IMG/VR virus record: IMGVR_UViG_3300027969_000045 | Origin: a virus | Strand: one strand, 5' to 3' | DNA length: 64,000 nt | In this document: in pieces, positions 9,240 through 19,172 of the stretch | Layout of the letters: each line of letters begins with the position of its first letter | Position numbering within the stretch: position 1 is the stretch's first letter | Program-made: the position numbers and the translations under genes | Notes under the pieces: model-generated | Database searches by the model: none | What the model was told of the DNA's origin: nothing | The model's input: only the letters and a program-made list of their open reading frames with translations

Positions 9240-9635
9240 ATGTCAATTAAATTAGCACTTCTTAAATCAGGAGAAGAAGTGATTGCCGATATTAAAGAGA
9301 TTGTGAATGAAGAAGAAAAGATAGTTTCTCTTCTATTTTCAAATCCATATGTCGTTAAACTGATTACTCCACAAATTTTAGTTGAAGAATTGTCCGAATC
9401 ACCAGAGATGGAATATAAAGTTTCCTTTTCTTCTTGGTTGCCATTATCTCTAGAAAAAGATATTGTGGTTAGGACTGATTGGGTGGTTTCAATTGTAGAA
9501 CCAGTAGAAATGGTAAAAAAATCTTACGAGGAAAAATTTAATGGAAGAGGAAATGACATTGCCGATGGACGAGCAGGTGGAGGAAACGACAATTCAAGTA
9601 TTGATCTTAACGAATCAATTAGTTTTAATCAGTGA
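9240..9635 (+). CDS. Conserved cyanomyophage protein (Sm-like fold suspected)
   Basis: MSIKLALLKSGEEVIADI..WLPLS..DWVVSIVEP; typical position upstream of gp43. Confidence 0.75.
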   Translation: MSIKLALLKSGEEVIADIKEIVNEEEKIVSLLFSNPYVVKLITPQILVEELSESPEMEYKVSFSSWLPLSLEKDIVVRTDWVVSIVEPVEMVKKSYEEKFNGRGNDIADGRAGGGNDNSSIDLNESISFNQ

Positions 9636-9852
9636 AGTAAGAGAAGTTTTAGCTGACATTGGGCAACCTGATTGTTTGCTAATCAAACCTTACCAAATCA
9701 AGAAAGGAATTGCTGAAGACAATTATCTAGTGCCTTGGTTATTTGGTGATTATACGAACGAAAAAGAAATTGCTTTAAGTTCTGATAAAATTTTAACATT
9801 AGTAGATCCAAAAAAAAATTTACTTGAAGAATATTTAAAACTTTCCAAATGA
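9541..9852 (+). CDS. Conserved cyanomyophage protein, second of the pair before gp43
   Basis: LISEV..DIGQPDCLLIKPY..LVPWL..SDKILTLVDP. Confidence 0.7.
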   Translation: MEEEMTLPMDEQVEETTIQVLILTNQLVLISEVREVLADIGQPDCLLIKPYQIKKGIAEDNYLVPWLFGDYTNEKEIALSSDKILTLVDPKKNLLEEYLKLSK

Positions 9853-9858
9853 GGATAA

Positions 9859-12354
9859 ATGCGTTTTTATACATCAGTTTATGAGAAATTTAATAAAATT
9901 TATGTGCGAGGGTATGAAGACGGAAAGTATTTTGAATCAATAGAAGATTTTTATCCTACCTTTTATGTTTCTTCAAAAAAAGAAAGTAAGTATAAAACTT
10001 TGAGTGGAGAATCAGTAGAACCGATTCAACCTGGAAAAATATCAGAGTGTAAAGATTTTCTTCAAAAATATTCAAATGTTGATGGATTTTCTGTTTATGG
10101 AAATGATAATTATAAAGCACAATATATTTCCCAAACATATCCAGAAGACGAAATTGAGTTTAATATTAAGAAAATTCGTCTTGTGACAATTGATATTGAG
10201 GTTGCTTCTGAGAATGGATTTCCAAATGTATTTGATTGTGCGGAAGAACTTCTAGCAATCACATTACAAAACTACGCAACAAAGAAGTTGGTATGTTTTG
10301 CTTCTCGTCCTTATATTAATACCCGTAAGGATGTTGAATATGTTGAGTGTAGAGACGAAATTGATTTAATTCAACATTTTCTCGGATTTTGGGAAAGGGA
10401 AACTCCAGATGTGATTACAGGATGGAACTGTGAATTGTATGATATTCCTTATATTGCTGGAAGAATTGAAAGAATTTTGGGAGAGAAAGAAGCACGTCGT
10501 CTTTCACCTTGGGGAAACATTCACAGAAGAGAACTTGTAATTAAAGGAAGAGAACAAATCTCTTATGAAATTTCTGGAGTTTCTGTGATTGATTATCTTG
10601 ATCTTTATAAAAAGTTTACTTACAAAGCACAAGAATCTTATCGTCTAGACCATATTGCGAATGTGGAATTAGGCCAAAAGAAATTAGATCACTCTGAATT
10701 TGAGACCTTCAAGGATTTTTATACAAAAGATTGGCAGAAGTTTATTGATTATAATATTAGAGACGTAGAACTTGTAGATCAACTAGAAGATAAAATGAAG
10801 TTAATTGAACTTTGTTTTACAATGGCGTATGACGCAAAAGTAAATTTTAATGATGTTTTCTATCAAGTAAGAACTTGGGATGCTATCATTTATAATTACT
10901 TAAAGAAAAGAGATATTGTCATTCCTCCTAAGGACCATTCGGAAAAGAGTGATAAATTTGCTGGTGCATATGTAAAAGATCCAATTCCCGGAAAATATGA
11001 TTGGGTAGTGAATTTTGACCTTAACAGTCTATACCCTCACCTGATTATGCAATATAATATAAGTCCAGAAACTTTAATTGACCAAAGGCATCCTTCTGTA
11101 ACTATTGATAAAATTTTAAATCAAGATATTACTTTTGATAAGTATAGTGATTATGCAGTTTGTGCGAATGGCGCGATGTATCGCAAAGATGTTCGTGGAT
11201 TTCTTCCAGAACTAATGGAAAAAATGTATAACGACCGTGTAATCTTCAAGAAAAAGATGTTGGTTGCAAAGCAGCAATATGAAAAAACCAAGACAAAAGA
11301 ATTGGAAAAAGAAATTGCAAGATGCAACAACATCCAAATGGCGAAAAAGATTTCTCTTAATAGTGCTTACGGTGCTATTGGAAATGCATACTTTCGTTAT
11401 TATAAACTAGCAAATGCCGAAGCAATCACAATGTCTGGGCAAGTTTCCATTCGTTGGATTGAAAGTAAAATGAATTTATACTTGAATAGAATTCTTAAAA
11501 CTAATAATATTGATTATGTGATTGCTTCTGATACAGATTCTATCTATCTTAACTTAGGTCCATTGGTTGATAAAGTGTATAGCGGAAAGGAAAAAGATAC
11601 TAAAAGTATTGTTTCATTTCTAGATAAACTCTGCAAGGTAGAACTTGAAAAATACATTGATAGTTGTTATCAAGAACTGGCAGAATATGTAAATGCATAT
11701 GACCAAAAGATGCAAATGAAACGTGAGAATATCGCAGAACGTGGAATCTGGACTGCCAAAAAACGATACATCTTAAATGTTTGGGATAGTGAAGGTGTTC
11801 GTTATGAAGAACCTAAACTTAAAATAACAGGTATTGAGGCGGTTAAATCTTCAACTCCTGCTCCGTGTCGTCAAATGATTAAAGACGCACTTAAAATAGT
11901 GATGACAAAAACAGAAGATGATCTAATTTCTTTTATAGATAATTTTCGTAAAGATTTCAATCAACTTTCTCCAGAAGAAATTTCATTTCCAAGAACAGTT
12001 TCTGATGTAAATAAATACAAATCTTCTTCAACTCTTTATAGTAAAGGAACGCCAATTAACGCAAGAGGAGCAATTCTTTATAATTATTTAATTAAAGAAA
12101 AAAAGTTAGATAAGAAGTATGCGAAAATTCAAAATGGCGAGAAGATTAAATTTTGTTATTTAAAACTTCCAAATCCAATTCAAGAAAATGTTATTTCTTA
12201 TATTCAAGAATTTCCGAAGGAATTTGGGCTGGACAAATACATTGATTATGACCTACAATTTAGTAAAGCATTTTTGGAGCCAATGAAAGTAATTTTGGAT
12301 TCAATTGGTTGGAGAACAGAAAAAACAGTAACACTTGACTCATTTTTTATATAG
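9859..12354 (+). CDS. gp43: Family B DNA polymerase
   Basis: Exo DIEV and GWN; Pol motifs FDLNSLYP, KISLNSAYG, SDTDS; C-terminal clamp-binding TLDSFF; no intein. Confidence 0.98.
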   Translation: MRFYTSVYEKFNKIYVRGYEDGKYFESIEDFYPTFYVSSKKESKYKTLSGESVEPIQPGKISECKDFLQKYSNVDGFSVYGNDNYKAQYISQTYPEDEIEFNIKKIRLVTIDIEVASENGFPNVFDCAEELLAITLQNYATKKLVCFASRPYINTRKDVEYVECRDEIDLIQHFLGFWERETPDVITGWNCELYDIPYIAGRIERILGEKEARRLSPWGNIHRRELVIKGREQISYEISGVSVIDYLDLYKKFTYKAQESYRLDHIANVELGQKKLDHSEFETFKDFYTKDWQKFIDYNIRDVELVDQLEDKMKLIELCFTMAYDAKVNFNDVFYQVRTWDAIIYNYLKKRDIVIPPKDHSEKSDKFAGAYVKDPIPGKYDWVVNFDLNSLYPHLIMQYNISPETLIDQRHPSVTIDKILNQDITFDKYSDYAVCANGAMYRKDVRGFLPELMEKMYNDRVIFKKKMLVAKQQYEKTKTKELEKEIARCNNIQMAKKISLNSAYGAIGNAYFRYYKLANAEAITMSGQVSIRWIESKMNLYLNRILKTNNIDYVIASDTDSIYLNLGPLVDKVYSGKEKDTKSIVSFLDKLCKVELEKYIDSCYQELAEYVNAYDQKMQMKRENIAERGIWTAKKRYILNVWDSEGVRYEEPKLKITGIEAVKSSTPAPCRQMIKDALKIVMTKTEDDLISFIDNFRKDFNQLSPEEISFPRTVSDVNKYKSSSTLYSKGTPINARGAILYNYLIKEKKLDKKYAKIQNGEKIKFCYLKLPNPIQENVISYIQEFPKEFGLDKYIDYDLQFSKAFLEPMKVILDSIGWRTEKTVTLDSFFI

Positions 12355-12362
12355 GAGGTAAA

Positions 12363-13367
12363 ATGGATTTTTTAAAAGATATAGTAAACGAAATTGGTGG
12401 AGAATACACACAACTTGCATCAGAGATTGACGAAACTGAAACGTATGTGGACACTGGTAGTTACATATTCAATGCTCTTGTTAGCGGGAGCATCTTTGGT
12501 GGGGTATCTGGTAATAAAATTACTGCAATTGCGGGCGAATCAAGCACTGGAAAAACTTTCTTTAGTTTGGCAGTCGTTAAGAATTTTCTTGATAATAATC
12601 CTACTGGATACTGTCTGTATTTTGATACTGAAGCTGCAATCACCAGATCCTTATTAGAGGGGAGAGGCATTGACACAACTCGCTTGGTCGTTGTCAATGT
12701 TGTCACCGTAGAAGAGTTCCGTGGGAAGGCGCTTAAAGCAGTTGATCTTTATATGAAGAAACCCGAAGCAGAACGCAATCCTTGCATGTTTGTGCTAGAT
12801 TCTTTGGGAATGCTTTCTACCAGTAAGGAGATCAACGATGCTCTGAACGACAAGGAGGTGCGAGATATGACCAAATCTCAACTCATCAAAGGTGCATTCC
12901 GTATGCTCACACTGAAACTGGGTCAGGCAAATATTCCAATGATCGTGACGAATCACTTATATTCTGTTGTGGGAGCTTATGTTCCAACACAAGAACAATC
13001 TGGAGGAAGTGGATTGAAGTATGCAGCTTCTTCTATAGTTTATCTTTCCAAAAAGAAAGAAAAAGATGGGACGGAAGTTATTGGTAACATTATTAAATCA
13101 AAATTAGTCAAATCTCGTTTAAGTAAAGAAAATCAAGAAGTAGAAATACGACTTTATTATGATGAAAGAGGTCTTGATAAGTATTATGGTTTATTGGAAC
13201 TTGGAGAGATTGGTGGATTGTGGAAAAATACTGCTGGTAGATATGAAATGGATGGAAAAAAAATATATGGAAAGGAAATATTAAAAAATCCAGAACAATA
13301 TTTTACTCCTCAAGTATTACAAGCACTTGATGAAATTGCTAGGCAAAAATTTTCTTATGGAAAATGA
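12363..13367 (+). CDS. uvsX: RecA-like recombinase UvsX
   Basis: GESSTGKT, YFDTE, VLDSLG, GGSGLKY. Confidence 0.95.
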   Translation: MDFLKDIVNEIGGEYTQLASEIDETETYVDTGSYIFNALVSGSIFGGVSGNKITAIAGESSTGKTFFSLAVVKNFLDNNPTGYCLYFDTEAAITRSLLEGRGIDTTRLVVVNVVTVEEFRGKALKAVDLYMKKPEAERNPCMFVLDSLGMLSTSKEINDALNDKEVRDMTKSQLIKGAFRMLTLKLGQANIPMIVTNHLYSVVGAYVPTQEQSGGSGLKYAASSIVYLSKKKEKDGTEVIGNIIKSKLVKSRLSKENQEVEIRLYYDERGLDKYYGLLELGEIGGLWKNTAGRYEMDGKKIYGKEILKNPEQYFTPQVLQALDEIARQKFSYGK

Positions 13368-13399
13368 TATAAATAAGTGTGGTTACTAACCATACACAA

Positions 13400-13957
13400 A
13401 TGTTTATAGATACGCACCACATAATACCAAGATCTGAAGGTGGAACTGATGATCCAAAAAATCTTGTTAAACTTCCAAGAAGATTACATCAAGAAGTTCA
13501 TCATCGTAGGTGGTTAGTTGGTGGATCTATTAATGATTTGTATGCTTTCCAAATATTAGGCGGAAATTTATCAGACGATGAATTGAAAAAAATTTATGAA
13601 GATCAAGTTTATAGATGTAAGAGGGATCAAACTAAATTGACTGAATCTAGAATAAATTCTGATAAATGGAAACAATCACATCAAAATGATGAATATAAAC
13701 AAAAGAAAAGAGAACAGAGTATTTTATTAAATAAACTTGGAAAAATTAATTCTAAAGAATCATCAATGCTTATAAGTGAAAAGAAAAAATCGGTGAAAAA
13801 TTACAATTCAAAATTAATTTCAGTTTATGGTAAAATATGGGAGGATGCTTCTAAATGTGTAAGAAGTGGTGGTTCTAATGGATTAAGTTTAAGACAATTG
13901 AGATACCGAGCGAATGAAATTAATTATCCCGATATATTTTATGTGGAGCAAATTTAG
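13400..13957 (+). CDS. HNH homing endonuclease
   Basis: HHIIPRSEGGTDDPKNLVKL..LHQEVH; late promoter TATAAATA and a short hairpin upstream. Confidence 0.85.
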   Translation: MFIDTHHIIPRSEGGTDDPKNLVKLPRRLHQEVHHRRWLVGGSINDLYAFQILGGNLSDDELKKIYEDQVYRCKRDQTKLTESRINSDKWKQSHQNDEYKQKKREQSILLNKLGKINSKESSMLISEKKKSVKNYNSKLISVYGKIWEDASKCVRSGGSNGLSLRQLRYRANEINYPDIFYVEQI

Positions 13958-13959
13958 TT

Positions 13960-14520
13960 ATGGTAATTGATTTAAATTATTTTGTTCAAGTTCATGAAAA
14001 TGCACTGGAAGAAAATGTTTGTGATTTCTTAATTTCATTATTTGATCAAGTTCCAGATAAACACGAGAGAATAGAAAACGAAAGAAAACCAAACTTCACT
14101 CAATTCAATCTTACTGAAAACTGTAAGATCACAGACGAAGTAAATACTGTTCACAATCATTTAATTAAAAAAACTTTTGATTATCGTAATGAATATTATG
14201 ATATGATTGATAAGAGAGTTTTTCCGGAAGAACACGCATTTGAACAATTTCGCATTAAGAGGTACAATAATGATGGCAATGACGAATTTGACACTCACGT
14301 AGATGTTATAGATCACGCAACATCAAGAAGATATTTGGCATTCTTTTGGTATTTGAATGATGTAGAACAGGGAGGAGAAACTAAATTTGCTGATATGATT
14401 ATACAACCAAAGAAAGGGAGTCTTCTTGTATTCCCTCCTCTTTGGATGTTTCCTCACGCAGGATTGCAACCAATAAGCAATCCAAAATATATTTTACACA
14501 CGTATTTGCACTATAAGTAA
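13960..14520 (+). CDS. 2OG-Fe(II) oxygenase (prolyl-hydroxylase-like)
   Basis: HVD..YLNDV..GGET.F..P.KG.LLVFP..PH.G..KY facial triad pattern. Confidence 0.88.
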   Translation: MVIDLNYFVQVHENALEENVCDFLISLFDQVPDKHERIENERKPNFTQFNLTENCKITDEVNTVHNHLIKKTFDYRNEYYDMIDKRVFPEEHAFEQFRIKRYNNDGNDEFDTHVDVIDHATSRRYLAFFWYLNDVEQGGETKFADMIIQPKKGSLLVFPPLWMFPHAGLQPISNPKYILHTYLHYK

Positions 14521-15152
14521 TGGAAAAAGTCGAAACTACTATTTTAAGAAATTTACTTTTTAATAATGATTATTGTAGAAAAGTATTACCATTTATTAAA
14601 AATGAATATTTTGAAAACCTTCACGAGAAGGTAGTTTTTGAAGAGATTTGTAAGTTTATTGTTGCTTATGATGGTCTTGCGACAAAAGAAGTTCTTTTAA
14701 TTGAAACTGAAAAAAGAACTGATATTACAGAAGATACTTATAAAACAATTTGTGAATATGTTTCTAATTTAGATAATACTCCTGCTGATACGAATTGGGT
14801 TACTGATACTACAGAAAAATGGTGCCGTGATAGAGCAATCTATCTTGCACTTATGGAAAGCATTAAAATTGCTGACGGACAAGATGATAAGAAGAATAGA
14901 GATGCAATTCCAACTATTCTTCAAGAAGCACTTGCTATTTCTTTTGATGACCATATTGGCCACGATTATCTAAACGATTATGAGGACAGATTTAATTCTT
15001 ATCACAGAAAAGAAGATAAAATTTCTTTTGATTTGGAATATTTTAACAAAATTACCAAAGGTGGTATTCCCAATAAAACACTCAATATTGCTTTAGCTGG
15101 TTGCGTTCATCCAGAAACCAGAGTTAAAATCAGATTTAGGAAGATTTCTTGA
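14520..15152 (+). CDS. gp41: gp41 DNA helicase N-terminal part fused to a 16-aa split-intein N fragment
   Basis: gp41 N-domain up to LNIALAG (first half of Walker A), then CVHPETRVKIRFRKIS stop. Confidence 0.92.
   Translation: MEKVETTILRNLLFNNDYCRKVLPFIKNEYFENLHEKVVFEEICKFIVAYDGLATKEVLLIETEKRTDITEDTYKTICEYVSNLDNTPADTNWVTDTTEKWCRDRAIYLALMESIKIADGQDDKKNRDAIPTILQEALAISFDDHIGHDYLNDYEDRFNSYHRKEDKISFDLEYFNKITKGGIPNKTLNIALAGCVHPETRVKIRFRKIS
15102..15149 (+). mobile_element. Atypically short split intein N fragment (16 aa)
   Basis: Intein block A pattern C-V-H-P-E-T-x-V at the Walker A junction. Confidence 0.85.
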
Positions 15153-15804
15153 TTTTGGAGTTTGGTGCTGGTTCTCCAGTTCCAAACTTCCAACCTTCAT
15201 TTAGTTTTATATCAACTTCTTCTGGTGATACTCTTTTCCATCCCTTTGTTCCCGGTAAATGCATTACCTTTTTGCCTTTATGTGCCTTTCCCCCTAATGA
15301 TGCTCGTGTTTTTCTTCCTTCATTAGATGCCCAATAATTGAATTCTGTGGATGCTCTTTGTTTTCCTCCAATTGATGCTCTTTCCTTTCTGCCTTCTTCT
15401 GTACTCCAATAATAGAAATTTTTAGTATTATTGATTAGATATTCTTGTTTTTGTATTTCTATTCCTTTTAGTCTCCAATCTTTTCTTTCTTCTACTGGGA
15501 TTGAGAAGAACCCAATTTGATTATCTCTACAAAATTCTCCTATTATTTTTCTGTGTTGGGGTGTTATATTTGCCCCCAACATTTTCATAGACCTTAAATC
15601 ATTTGGATTTTTATAAATTTTCCAAAGTAAATAATGTGCTATGATATGTTCTCTTACACTTAAATAAGTGAGATTTTCTTCACTATTATCTCCCCCCATA
15701 TGTTTTGGAGTAATATGGTGTTCGTGTATCCCAGAATATTTTTTATAATTGTCTTTTCTTGACCTATTGCTTTCGCATAGATTATAATAGATTTGACTAA
15801 ACAT
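15136..15804 (-). CDS. HNH homing endonuclease between the gp41 halves, opposite strand
   Basis: EHHITPKHMGGDNSEENLTYL..REHIIAHYLL; minus-strand TATAAATA at 15826-15833 and G-rich RBS. Confidence 0.88.
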   Translation of the reverse strand: MFSQIYYNLCESNRSRKDNYKKYSGIHEHHITPKHMGGDNSEENLTYLSVREHIIAHYLLWKIYKNPNDLRSMKMLGANITPQHRKIIGEFCRDNQIGFFSIPVEERKDWRLKGIEIQKQEYLINNTKNFYYWSTEEGRKERASIGGKQRASTEFNYWASNEGRKTRASLGGKAHKGKKVMHLPGTKGWKRVSPEEVDIKLNEGWKFGTGEPAPNSKIKKSS

Positions 15805-15837
15805 TTCCCCTGTCCCTGCTACTACTATTTATACAAA

Positions 15838-17010
15838 ATGTGGATTGAAAAAGAAACATCAATTGCTGAAATCAAAACATTACTTGATAATGGATATGAA
15901 GTGGAGGTCGATTCTCCCGATGGATATGTTCCTGTTAATTTTTTTATTAATAAAGGAATGTACGAAGAATATGAATTGCACTTGTATGATACTACTACTA
16001 AAGTAAAATGTAACGAAAGTCATTTATTTGAAACTAATCAGGGGTGGATTTCTGCTAAATCATTAGAGTATTCTAATTCGTATTGGGAGTTTATTACTAA
16101 AGACGGACTTAGAATTGGTAAGGTTATTAAGACCAATAATCAAATACCTATTGTAGATATTAATGTAAATCATCCAAATCATAGGTATTATACTAATGGG
16201 GTTTCCTCCCATAATACTGGTGTCGGAAAATCTTTGTTTATGTGTCATTTTGCTGCATCAGTTCTTCTTCAAGGAAAAAATGTTTTATACATTACACTTG
16301 AAATGGCAGAGGAAAAGATTGCTGAAAGAATTGACGCAAATCTTCTAAACATTAATATTAAAGACATTGAAACATTACCTAAAATGATGTTTGACTCAAA
16401 AATAAATAGTATTGCGAAGAAGACTCAAGGAACTTTAATTATTAAAGAGTATCCAACTGCTTCCGCACACGCAGGACATTTCAGAGCACTTCTAAATGAA
16501 CTCTCTCTTAAGAAATCATTCAGACCTGATATTATTTTTATTGACTACCTTAATATTTGTGGTTCCTCAAGATATAAGAGTAATTTTTCAGTTAATTCTT
16601 ATTCATATATTAAAGCAATTGCAGAAGAACTTCGTGGTCTTGCAGTTGAAGCAAATGTTCCAATTGTTTCCGCTACTCAAACTACTCGTAGTGGTTTTTC
16701 TAGCTCTGATCCTGATCTTACTGATACTTCTGAATCCTTTGGTCTCCCTGCTACTGCTGATCTTATGTTTGCCCTTATTAGCACAGAAGAGTTGGAACAA
16801 CTCGGGCAGATTATGGTAAAACAATTGAAGAATAGATACAATGACCCAACAATGAATAAAAGATTTGTAGTTGGTATTGACCGTGCGAAGATGAGATTAT
16901 TTGATGTAGAGCAAAGTGCTCAAACCGATATACTTGACTCTGGACAAGAAGAAGAGTATACTTATGAAGAAGATAAACCCAAAAAACAATTCTCTGGATT
17001 TAAATTTTAA
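15838..17010 (+). CDS. gp41: Split-intein C fragment (126 aa) fused to the gp41 helicase C-terminal part
   Basis: Block B KCNESHLF, block F IVDINV, block G YYTNGVSSHN, then TGVGKS, ITLEM, IDYL, ATQ, DTSESFGL, KNRY. Confidence 0.92.
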   Translation: MWIEKETSIAEIKTLLDNGYEVEVDSPDGYVPVNFFINKGMYEEYELHLYDTTTKVKCNESHLFETNQGWISAKSLEYSNSYWEFITKDGLRIGKVIKTNNQIPIVDINVNHPNHRYYTNGVSSHNTGVGKSLFMCHFAASVLLQGKNVLYITLEMAEEKIAERIDANLLNINIKDIETLPKMMFDSKINSIAKKTQGTLIIKEYPTASAHAGHFRALLNELSLKKSFRPDIIFIDYLNICGSSRYKSNFSVNSYSYIKAIAEELRGLAVEANVPIVSATQTTRSGFSSSDPDLTDTSESFGLPATADLMFALISTEELEQLGQIMVKQLKNRYNDPTMNKRFVVGIDRAKMRLFDVEQSAQTDILDSGQEEEYTYEEDKPKKQFSGFKF

Positions 17011-17420
17011 TGACTAAAAAAATTGACTTTTCTAAATATCAAAACTTTGTAGATGCTGTAACTAGTGATGCATCTAAAGACTTTCTTGCTCTTTCTGACC
17101 GTATGGTAGAACTTGATGAGAAAGGTGCTAATATTGAAAGACTTTTGACTGCTGGTGTTGGTATTAATGCCGAAGGTGGTGAATTTCTTGAGATTGTGAA
17201 GAAAATGCTATTTCAGGGAAAACCTTGGAATGACGAAACCCGTACTCACCTGATTAAAGAACTTGGAGATACGATGTGGTATGTTGCCCAAGCCTGTATT
17301 GCTCTTGAAGTTTCTTTTGATGAAGTAATTCAAACCAATATTGACAAGCTAATGAAGCGTTATCCAGAAGGTTATTTTGATGCTTACTACAGCGAAAATC
17401 GTGAAGTGGGAGACATTTGA
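17010..17420 (+). CDS. mazG: MazG-like nucleotide pyrophosphohydrolase
   Basis: AEGGEFLEIVKK..KELGDTMWY..NIDKLMKRYP. Confidence 0.92.
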   Translation: MTKKIDFSKYQNFVDAVTSDASKDFLALSDRMVELDEKGANIERLLTAGVGINAEGGEFLEIVKKMLFQGKPWNDETRTHLIKELGDTMWYVAQACIALEVSFDEVIQTNIDKLMKRYPEGYFDAYYSENREVGDI

Positions 17421-17596
17421 TGGCAAAAACTGTAACTATTAAAATGGATGTTCGTTCTGCTGCGGCAGTTCGTCAAATTCTTTTTGAACACCAAAAAACA
17501 TATACTTATGATGAGTATACTATTCCTCCTAGGATTGCTGATATTCGTAGTGTAATTACGGACATTGATAAAAAAATTGAAGAACAAGTAAAATAA
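17420..17596 (+). CDS. Small hypothetical protein (58 aa, not in ORF track)
   Basis: ATG overlaps the mazG TGA; MAKTVTIKMDVRSAAAVRQILF... Confidence 0.6.
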   Translation: MAKTVTIKMDVRSAAAVRQILFEHQKTYTYDEYTIPPRIADIRSVITDIDKKIEEQVK

Positions 17597-17602
17597 TAAT
17601 TT

Positions 17603-17641
17603 AATCCCCCCTCTTTCTAAATATAAGAAAGAGGGGGGATT
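17603..17641 (+). promoter_or_regulatory. Hairpin with late promoter at its apex, sequestering the RBS
   Basis: AATCCCCCCTCTTTCT / AGAAAGAGGGGGGATT 16-bp inverted repeat around CTAAATA; ATG at 17646. Confidence 0.75.
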
Positions 17642-17645
17642 TCTT

Positions 17646-19148
17646 ATGGCAGTTGGAGCTTCTATGAATGAAACATTTTTTGCAATATATTATGTAATTG
17701 CAAAAAAATCTAAAGCAAATAATAAAAGGGATTTTATTTTAAATACTATTGAAATTAATCCTTCTTTTTGGAAAAATTCTTATCTTTTGCCCGGTACATT
17801 ATCCGGAGCTTTAAAAAAACTTGGAATAGATGATGAATTAAGTTCTTTGAATAGTGATATTAGAAGACTTGGTAGGGAAAGGCCCGAAGAAATTTATGAT
17901 TTTTTTGAAAGAAGAAAATGGGACGATTTGTTGAAACAGCAAACAATTAATTTTTCAAAAAATCCTAAAACTGCTTTCATACGAAATAATAATCTTTCAT
18001 TATTGAGAGGTAGTGAATTTTTAGAAAAATCAAATTTAAAAGAATTTTTAAAAAAATTTAGAAAAATTTATTTTGGAGTTTCTGGATTATATAAAGATGA
18101 AAGATGGAATCCAAGTGATATTTGGTTTTATAATCAAAATAGTTTAAAGGAAATACAGGATTACATATCTCAAACATCTATTATAAAAAATGATATAAAA
18201 AATAAAGAAATTATAAAAAATTTAGCATTAGAAGACATCAATGGTCTTAATCAATTAATATTTAAATTATATAAAGATAAAAATTTAGCCCCAATTTCAT
18301 TAAAAAAAGCTTCTCTTGGGGTTGCCGGAAGTTCTTCTTTAAATATTAGTTTGATAAATTCTCCCGAAAAACCATATAGATATAAACCATCACTGGAGAA
18401 AATTACAAACATTAAAAATTCAATAAACTCTAACTCATATGAAATCAATGGCGAACTTTCATTTCAAATAGAAGTAGAACATATTGTTTTAACTGAAACT
18501 GGAAAAAAAGTACCCAAAAAAATAATAGATAAAGTTTTTTATAATGATGCTGGTAATGGATTTAAATCTCAAACCAAAGGTGCCCCAGCTGCTGCAGGAC
18601 AAGTTGGAAAAAAAATAATAGAAAAAAATGTATATACTTCAAATGCATTAAAAAAAATATTAAATATTCGCAAATCAACTATTAAAAATAATTTTAACAA
18701 AAAGGATATAATTAGTAATATTCCTTTAAGTGGAAGAGCACAAAGTCCTACAACTAATTCATCTGTTGAATATTTACAAAAATTAGCAGAAGATGCAGAC
18801 CATTCTTTAATTAATAAAACACCTAATATAAAGTCTTACTTTCCCAACACGTCTGCTCAAGATAAACTTGAAATTAATTTTGCAATTGATAATGCAGGCA
18901 CAAAAAAAGAACAAGATGAAATTAGAATCAATCTTTGGGAATCTTGTACTAGTAGAGGAATTGTAGATAGAAAAGAATATGAAAAAATGGTTACTAGAAT
19001 TGGAGCAAGATTGCATAAAAAATCAAGAAAAAAAGGACAACAAAATATGACTATCCAAGAGGCAGAAAATTTAGCTAAAGATTTGATGAGGGCAAGAAAT
19101 GTCAATCCAACAAGAATACCATCTTCATTTCATATAAAATTATATTGA
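17646..19148 (+). CDS. Hypothetical protein with PD-(D/E)XK-like nuclease motif
   Basis: NETF..WNPSDIW..PISLKK pattern; very AT-rich. Confidence 0.55.
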   Translation: MAVGASMNETFFAIYYVIAKKSKANNKRDFILNTIEINPSFWKNSYLLPGTLSGALKKLGIDDELSSLNSDIRRLGRERPEEIYDFFERRKWDDLLKQQTINFSKNPKTAFIRNNNLSLLRGSEFLEKSNLKEFLKKFRKIYFGVSGLYKDERWNPSDIWFYNQNSLKEIQDYISQTSIIKNDIKNKEIIKNLALEDINGLNQLIFKLYKDKNLAPISLKKASLGVAGSSSLNISLINSPEKPYRYKPSLEKITNIKNSINSNSYEINGELSFQIEVEHIVLTETGKKVPKKIIDKVFYNDAGNGFKSQTKGAPAAAGQVGKKIIEKNVYTSNALKKILNIRKSTIKNNFNKKDIISNIPLSGRAQSPTTNSSVEYLQKLAEDADHSLINKTPNIKSYFPNTSAQDKLEINFAIDNAGTKKEQDEIRINLWESCTSRGIVDRKEYEKMVTRIGARLHKKSRKKGQQNMTIQEAENLAKDLMRARNVNPTRIPSSFHIKLY

Positions 19149-19172
19149 ATAAATAACTAAAAACCAATATAA

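Noticed and set aside
9859-13367. Inteins in gp43 or uvsX
   Set aside because: Lengths are normal, catalytic motifs are contiguous, and no intein blocks were seen.
15149-15837. Group I intron or frameshift joining the gp41 halves (ORF 15149..15337 and upstream extension from 15793)
   Set aside because: The interval is fully explained by a minus-strand HNH gene with its own promoter; no intron core was recognised; intein blocks on both sides explain the rejoining.
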